The notes under the pieces are model-generated. The model was not told the DNA's origin and did no database searches. It saw nothing but the letters and a program-made list of their open reading frames with translations. A DNA stretch of 64,000 bases, from contig OZ024740.1 of assembly GCA_964016885.1 (NCBI GenBank), positions 419,740,001 to 419,804,000 of the forward strand. The letters run 5' to 3'. A program made the position numbers and the translations under genes. Positions 57,723-64,000 of the stretch are shown one piece after another. The stretch's first letter is position 1, and each line of letters opens with the position of its first letter. This DNA comes from Eledone cirrhosa. Its lineage: Eukaryota.

Positions 57723-58448
57723 ATGCAGTTCTCTGGTTACAATCAGAGAGATAAAATCAGAGTATATAGAGGAGCCACAACCAAATGGGAAAAAATGGTA
57801 AATAATGGGACCTGCCCCTTGTATAGGAGCAAATTTTGGAATAGAATAGAAAGAACTAGGAATAAGGTTAATAGAATAAACTCATGGTATGATAGCAATA
57901 AATACCAGAGTGTAATGTTCATCGATACAATCCCTAGAAGTGAATTAGCTTACAAATTTAGAAGGGCCCTAGATAAACATAAACTCAATATTAAGATAGT
58001 AGAAAGACCAGGTACCTCCATAAAAACACTTATTAGCAATACATACCCTTTTCAAAAACCTCCCTGTATAGATAAGAAATGTATAATCTGTAAACTAAGC
58101 CCCCATATTAACTGTAAAACTAGAAATGTAGTATATAGCATAAGATGTACTGAAGGACAATGTAGAGATAAGAATATAGTGTACATAGGTGAGACAGCTC
58201 GTAGTATAGGAGAACAGATAAATGAACACTGGCAAGAGCTTCAAGAGAGAAAAGAATCATCTGTACTCCACCAATATGCTAAAATAGAACATAAAGGTAA
58301 ATTAGAGAACATAGAAATAAAAATAGAATCTACACACAGAAAAGACGCAATGTTTAGACAAATCACAGAGGCAATAAACATAAATGAACTCCAACCAAAA
58401 CTAAATGGAAAACATGAATGGAATAGCAACATCACAACTTACAATTAA
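57723..58448 (+). CDS. Penelope-like ORF C-terminus: end of RT region, Cys-rich linker and GIY-YIG endonuclease (truncated TE ORF)
   Basis: SGY..., PCIDKKCIIC, NCKTRNVVYSIRC..C..VYIGETARSIGEQINEH, H....H, RQITEAINI..QPKLN; the catalytic Arg position appears as Q. Confidence 0.9.
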   Translation: MQFSGYNQRDKIRVYRGATTKWEKMVNNGTCPLYRSKFWNRIERTRNKVNRINSWYDSNKYQSVMFIDTIPRSELAYKFRRALDKHKLNIKIVERPGTSIKTLISNTYPFQKPPCIDKKCIICKLSPHINCKTRNVVYSIRCTEGQCRDKNIVYIGETARSIGEQINEHWQELQERKESSVLHQYAKIEHKGKLENIEIKIESTHRKDAMFRQITEAININELQPKLNGKHEWNSNITTYN

Positions 58449-58988
58449 GGACAAAATGAAAACACACACACACATAGAACAAACAACCAACCAGTAACAT
58501 GTAAATAAACAAATAAATAAACAAATATAAACACACACAGACACCCGGATGTAACACATGCGCAAACTAAGCACACAACACACACAAAAACAAGATGGCG
58601 TAGGACAGAACAAAGGAGAGGCACAAAAACAAAGAGAAGAGGTCACAGAATGTGTGACAAAAGAACTTTGACAATATATGAACAACCGTCCGGTTGTGGA
58701 ACCAACCAACCAACCGGAAATTTATAAATTTAATTTATAATAAATTGGAGTGAAAGCAACTGGTGCGTGTGTTTCTTATTGGCAACATGACCCTCCCAAA
58801 GTATAACAATATCGGTTTCAACACACGTTTTCAGATAAAGAATCTTGTTAAACAAATTCAGAAACGAAATATATATATATATATAGACATACACACACAC
58901 ACACACACAAAAGCATCTTATGTGATTATAATAAACTTCTTGATTACAAAGAAATTTAGTTATGTTATTTTGTTTTATTTTTGTCTAG

Positions 58989-59109
58989 GTCCTTATTGCT
59001 ACCAGCACACTGGCGTGGGGAGTCAATTTCCCAGCTCATTTAGTTATTATCAAAGGAACAGAATACTACGATGGTAAAACCAGACGCTATGTGGATTTTC
59101 CAATTACAG
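58989..59109 (+). CDS. ASCC3: Internal exon of activating signal cointegrator 1 complex subunit 3 (Ski2-like helicase, C-terminal cassette, motif V region)
   Basis: Polypyrimidine tract and tctag acceptor; 40 codons plus 1 nt encoding [40 protein letters not shown]; G|gtattt donor. The peptide matches ASCC3 as recalled and differs from both SNRNP200 cassettes. Confidence 0.96.
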
Positions 59110-59456
59110 GTATTTTCACTTGATTAATATTTTAATAACTATTTATAATTTCAACCATATGCTGAGTCAGCAAATATAATTGCCTATTTTTCAGCTCTTT
59201 TTCTAATCATTTGGACTATTTATTCTTCTTGAATTTTCCATGAGTAATAATGGAACTGCAAAGGAAATATGTAATTTAATGTATAAACATGTTAACATTC
59301 TTTTTAGCTTCTTAGAATTCTTGCTAGGAAGAAGAGGTTGGTTTCTAACAAAAATGAAAGCTCCATTGCAGGAATTTAGATAACAAACAATGGTAAAGAG
59401 TTCTGTATATCAGAGAAAGGAGAAAGAATTGAAAATATCTTATTTTGAACAGGAAC

Positions 59457-59696
59457 TTAACCCTTTCATGATTACATTTCTAATGTAATACACATTATTT
59501 AAATCAATTAATGAAGAATTTTGAGGGATTTACTAAAATTATTAATTGTTTCATTACTAAAATAGTAACTTAATGTAAGGCTCTTATGTAAAATTATGTT
59601 GGAAGATTTTAATTTCAATTGAAAACCTTTAAAATTGGTGGTTTTATTTCATAGAACCAGAGCCGGTTTTGGCTGGGTTGGTAACTAAAGGGTTAA
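59457..59696. mobile_element. piggyBac-like MITE
   Basis: TTAA-cccttt ... aaaggg-TTAA termini. Confidence 0.85.
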
Positions 59697-59727
59697 CTAA
59701 AGCTACCAACTGTTTACAATTTGCATC

Positions 59728-59923
59728 TGAGGGTTGACTGAAAAGTTCATAGGCTGACGAAGATACTCTCATGGAACGACCAAATGAGGTTTATTTTTCA
59801 GCAAAGTTCCTGGAAAGAAACAATGCAGTTATTAATAAGAAAAGTTGAAATTAATGCATGCAAGGTTTCACAGCTTTAGCATCACTCCTTCATAGTTAGC
59901 CTTTAAACTTTTCAGCCCAATCA
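59728..59923. mobile_element. Tc1/mariner-type MITE, second copy
   Basis: Homologous to 33896-34097, including the TIRs. Confidence 0.85.
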
Positions 59924-60339
59924 TATTGGAAATAGCCAAGAATTCAAAATTAATTTTTAAAAATAATCAAGACATTATATATATAGTGGGGAATTTTAGA
60001 AAACTCTTGTGTATTTTCATAGTTCAGCTTACAGAATGAATTCACAGAATGTATGTTAGCTAGACACTTTTTTTTTTGCTTTAACTCTAACTTTTCAAGG
60101 TGACTATGTACACATTTAGTAACTTAACCTAGTATACATATTATTATGGGGACAAGTTTAAATTTATAATTTAAGATGATGTAGGTTTCAATGATATTCT
60201 GTTTTTAACTGATTTTTAAAAAATGTTTACATCTGTAGCACAGCTGACTACATAATGTAATGGTTTTTTTAAACAATAAATACATCTACAGTTTCTTTTT
60301 AATATGGAAGGAGTTGTGTATGTGTGTATATGTGCGTGA

Positions 60340-60572
60340 CGTCCAAACGAGAATCCTCCACCTCCAACTAACTTACCTTCCGCTTCTTGGTCACAGCCGA
60401 CAGGATGGAGAATACATTGCCCTGGAGTATAGCAAGGGAGACGTGCTGGAACATCCACTCCACCTTGCACTTGTGGGTAGCCAACTCCACTCCAATAGCA
60501 GTGAGCTGGGATGTGGTCCAGGGGCCAAGGATGTTGGAAGCCTCCACTGCTACAGGCACTACCACTTTTTTT
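60340..60572 (-). mobile_element. CRE-like non-LTR retrotransposon 3' fragment (end of restriction-like endonuclease)
   Basis: VPVAVEASNILGP...WMFQHVSLAILQGNVFSIL resembles the PxAVExxG...QRxSxAIQRGNAxxIL motif. Confidence 0.7.
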
Positions 60573-60775
60573 ATTTTCCATTCCAAATGATTATATTATT
60601 TTTGTTGTGTTTACAGCAGTTCCAACAGGAATATTATACCAATTGTCCTTATGCTGAAACATGAATGTACTCAACATAAAATTACTTTTGATCAACAACA
60701 CTGACATTTTTCTCCTAGTATATCAATGTACCATTAATGATATTAGAACCTGGAATAATCCCAGAAGCAGATTGT

Positions 60776-60978
60776 TTAACCCTTTAACATGTACATTACC
60801 CTAAAGGCTTTACCTTACATAATTATCTCACGTAATATCAAATCTACAAGATTTTGATGTTATTTATTTTGAGAACAATACCTAATGTAGGTATCAGTGG
60901 CCAGTTACAGCCAGTTTGAACAGAAAGAGGTGAGAAAGTTCTGGCCTGATATGGCCAGTTCAAATGCTAAAGGGTTAA
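60776..60978. mobile_element. Second piggyBac-like MITE family
   Basis: TTAA-ccctttaacat ... atgctaaaggg-TTAA; truncated copy at ~62772-62966. Confidence 0.8.
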
Positions 60979-61197
60979 ATGCTGCAAAATGTTATTCACT
61001 GAACATTCATTCATCTCCAGGGCTCCCTCACTAACTCACCTCATTAATACCTCAAACATTCTATTTACTCTTACTTATATTTGTCCGAGGAGTAACAGTG
61101 ATGTCATTAATACATCTTTTCTTTATTCATTATCAATCTTATTAAAATACATTGTCAGTTTGTTTTTTAACAATATCACATCACACATTTATTCAGT

Positions 61198-62100
61198 ACT
61201 GATGTCATAAAGTAGATAATGATGTCATAAAGTAGTCACTGATGTCATAAAGTAGATAATTGTTTCTACTTTGGGCACAAGGCCAGCAATTACCCAGTAC
61301 ATTACTGGTACTTTATTTTATCGACCCCGTAAGGATGAAAGGCAAAGTTAACCTCGGCGGGATTTGAACTCAGACTGTAAAGGGACGTAACTATGCTAGA
61401 AAGCATGGCGTCCGACCCTCTACCGATACTGCCAATAGATAATGATGATAAAGTAGATAATGATGTCATAAAGTAGATAATGATGTCATAAAGTAGTGTG
61501 TGTATCGTTTATGATGTTGTAAGATAGATGATAATGTGTGTATTAAGTATGTCATAAGGTAGATAATGTGTGTTGTTAATGATGTGATAAAATAAAGTCT
61601 ATTGTTTATGATGTTATAATGTAGATGATAATGTGTGTATTGTTTATGAAGTGATAAAGTGTTTTATATCTAAACTAATGATGTCATAAAGTAGATAATG
61701 TGTGTATTAAGAATGTCAAAGTAATGTCCATTGTCTTTGATGTCATAAGGTAGATAATAATAATGTGTGTATTATCTAATGAGGTAAAGTGTATTATTGG
61801 TTTATATCTATACTAACGATGTTATAAACTAGATTATTGGATAATTCATCAATGTTGTCATAAATTATATCATTAATCTATCTGTTAACTATATTATAAA
61901 ATATATCATTGATTATTTGTTAACGATGTTATAAAATGACCCATTAGTTTGCTCGTTAGTGACATCATAAACTACATCATTAGTTTATTCCTTTGATGAT
62001 GTCATAAAATAGATAATGTGTGTGTTTGTCAAAGACGTAAATTACATCATTTTATTCAGTAATGATGTCATAAAATATATTATTGGTTTACATGTCAAGT
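61198..62100. repeat. Decaying ~20-bp minisatellite (aatgatgtcataaagtagat)
   Basis: Near-perfect units at 61200-61500, progressively more degenerate to the right. Confidence 0.8.
61261..61435 (-). mobile_element. Young Meta-type SINE with 8-bp TSD
   Basis: Near-identical reverse complement of 34207-34382; tagataat at 61253-61260 and 61436-61443. Confidence 0.9.
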
Positions 62101-62983
62101 ATATCATTGAGAAACATCAATATTTATCCAGTTCTTCATATCGATATCATAAACCAGATCATTTGTATATTTCTTTTGTGATATCGTGAACTAGGCTATT
62201 TGTTTATTCATTAACATCTTATTATATATTAGCTGTTTGTTAATGTCATAGAATGTAACATTGGTTTATTTCTGCCTTCGTTAGTATATGTATTAATGAT
62301 GTTGTTAACGAGGCTCTTAGATTCATTACTGGTTTACTCTTTAATGATATCCTAAAATACCTCATTAGGTTGTTCAACTTTTTTTGCAATTAATAATTAC
62401 TCTCTCAGTTCAATGTATTTTTCTAATGTTTAGTTAAGCTCCTACCAACATGTTTAATGTGGTGAACATCAAACATCTACTTAATCTATTTGATATTTAC
62501 TTTCACTCTATATTCATCTCATTTCTCTTTATTCCCTACATGTTCTCATAGCTTATATTTCCTTATCATGTAACCATCAAAAGCTCCTTAAATTTGATAT
62601 ACCTTGGAAGGATATTAAGCTATCACTGCTTTCCCAACTTCATTAGCAAACTCATTAGTGTAAAGAGTTGTTTTTCTTTTAGAAATTTCTGTTTTATATT
62701 AGCATTGTAAAGCTGTTACTACATAAATCATAAGCTAAACAGCTTGTTAGTGCTATGTTTACTTGGCGATTTTAACCCTTTAGCATTTACATTACTCTAT
62801 ATTTACTATTGTATTTTTGTGGTAAAAGCTTTATTACATAATTATCTCACATGATATTTAATCTATGAGATTTTGATATTATTTATTTTGAGAACAATAC
62901 CTTAACATCAGTATTAGTGGCCAGTTGCAGCTGGTTTGAAAAGAAAGAGGTGAGAGAATTCTGGTCATTGTGAAAATTTTCAA

Positions 62984-63275
62984 TCATCATCATCGTTTAA
63001 TATCTGCTTTCCCTGCTAGCAAGGGTTGGACGGGTCTACATAGACCAAGTCAGTACTGAAATGAGGTTACTGACCTCCCAGACAGGCTGAGGGTTTGTAT
63101 CCTGTTTACATACAATCATATCAAGTGCAGAGGAGAAGCTGTCATGTCTTTTGACACAAATTGAAGGGTCCTCCCAACCCCTTGTTTGGCGAGTTTTCTA
63201 CAGCTGGATGCCCTTTCTAACACCAACCACTTTACAACATGTGCTGGGTGCTTTTATTGTGTAGACCACCAGTAC
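62984..63275 (-). mobile_element. RTE-tailed non-autonomous element
   Basis: catcatcatcgtttaatatctgctttccctgctagcaagggttggacggg; homologous to 28036-28309. Confidence 0.8.
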
Positions 63276-63717
63276 TAGGGAGGCAATAGGGGCAGGAGAT
63301 AGGTATGAAGTTATAGGTATATGTGGGGATTTGGCAGAGCAATGAGTAAAGGATAGGGGTGGCTGATTTGTGTATGGGGATGTATGGTTTGAGGGATGTG
63401 GTCAACATGGTGAGGGTGGAGGCATGGTGGATAGATAGGTTGGGGTAGCTACTTATTGTAAAGAGAGAGAGAGGGTGTACTGGTGTGGAGGATGTGGTAG
63501 ATGGGGAGGGGGTCAAGAGAAGATTAGTAAAGGGATAGTGATGGGGGTAAGGCTGGTAGTGGGGAAGATGAACAAGTATTAGAGTAAAAATGTTCCTTTT
63601 TTTAATGTAACACAGTTAGTGTGCTTTTTTGTGCTTTTCAAGAATGTCTTGCTAATGCGGTTTCATGTGGTAGAGGACACTAAGAATTAAACTCCAGACG
63701 CTAAGAATTAAACTCCA

Positions 63718-64000
63718 GGAGGCACATGGCTTAGTGGTTAGAGCATTGGCTTTGCAATCGAAAGGTTGTGAGTTCAATTCTCAGACCGGATGATGTGTTG
63801 TTTCCTTGAGCAAGACACTTTATTTCACATTGCTCCAGTTTACTCAGCTGTAGAAATGAGATGATAGGGACTGGGGTCCCTATAATTCCACTGCAAAGTG
63901 GTCGTGGAGGTGCCACGGCAAAAAGCACCCAGCACTCACTGTAAATGAGGTTGGTGTTAGGAAGGGCATCCAGCTGTAGAAATCAAGCCAGAATCAGTTC
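63718..64000 (+). mobile_element. CORE-type SINE head joined to the RTE-associated 3' region, running off the window end
   Basis: 63718-63878 matches 23977-24136; 63890-64000 matches 44175-44330 with one fewer internal unit. Confidence 0.85.

Larger units (their letters stand above)
57144..58830 (+). mobile_element. 5'-truncated Penelope-like element with inverted pseudo-LTR
   Basis: 57144-57685 is the reverse complement of 58289-58812; the body encodes a GIY-YIG endonuclease. Confidence 0.93.

Noticed and set aside
58763-59077. Listed 104-aa ORF overlapping the exon
   Set aside because: Wrong frame; the conserved ASCC3 peptide is in another frame bounded by AG and GT.
58989-59109. SNRNP200/Brr2 or HFM1 assignment
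   Set aside because: [20 protein letters not shown] is characteristic of the ASCC3 second cassette as recalled; Brr2 differs in both cassettes.
63280-63580. Possible source of the 46-bp satellite (purine-rich, gatagtgat..ggctggtag); also gatgtcat in the 61.2-kb repeat
   Set aside because: Only short low-complexity matches that cannot be distinguished from chance by eye.

Overview
AT-rich, repeat-dominated eukaryotic DNA. The SINE families suggest an octopus-like cephalopod (inference). I found one host exon: a 121-bp internal exon at 58989-59109 (+) encoding [40 protein letters not shown], from the C-terminal Ski2-like helicase cassette of ASCC3; the ORF track misses this frame. No neighbouring exon was seen, so the window is probably almost all ASCC3 intron. 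It holds a >=23.8-kb 46-bp satellite with multi-kb higher-order duplications, about ten other tandem arrays (several grown from TE sequence), CORE- and Meta-type tRNA SINEs, RTE, CR1, Tx1 and CRE LINE fragments, and mariner- and piggyBac-type MITEs. A Penelope-like element with a ~540-bp inverted repeat and a minimal hammerhead ribozyme motif lies just upstream of the exon. Most listed ORFs are repeat artefacts. All calls were made by eye and TE boundaries are approximate.
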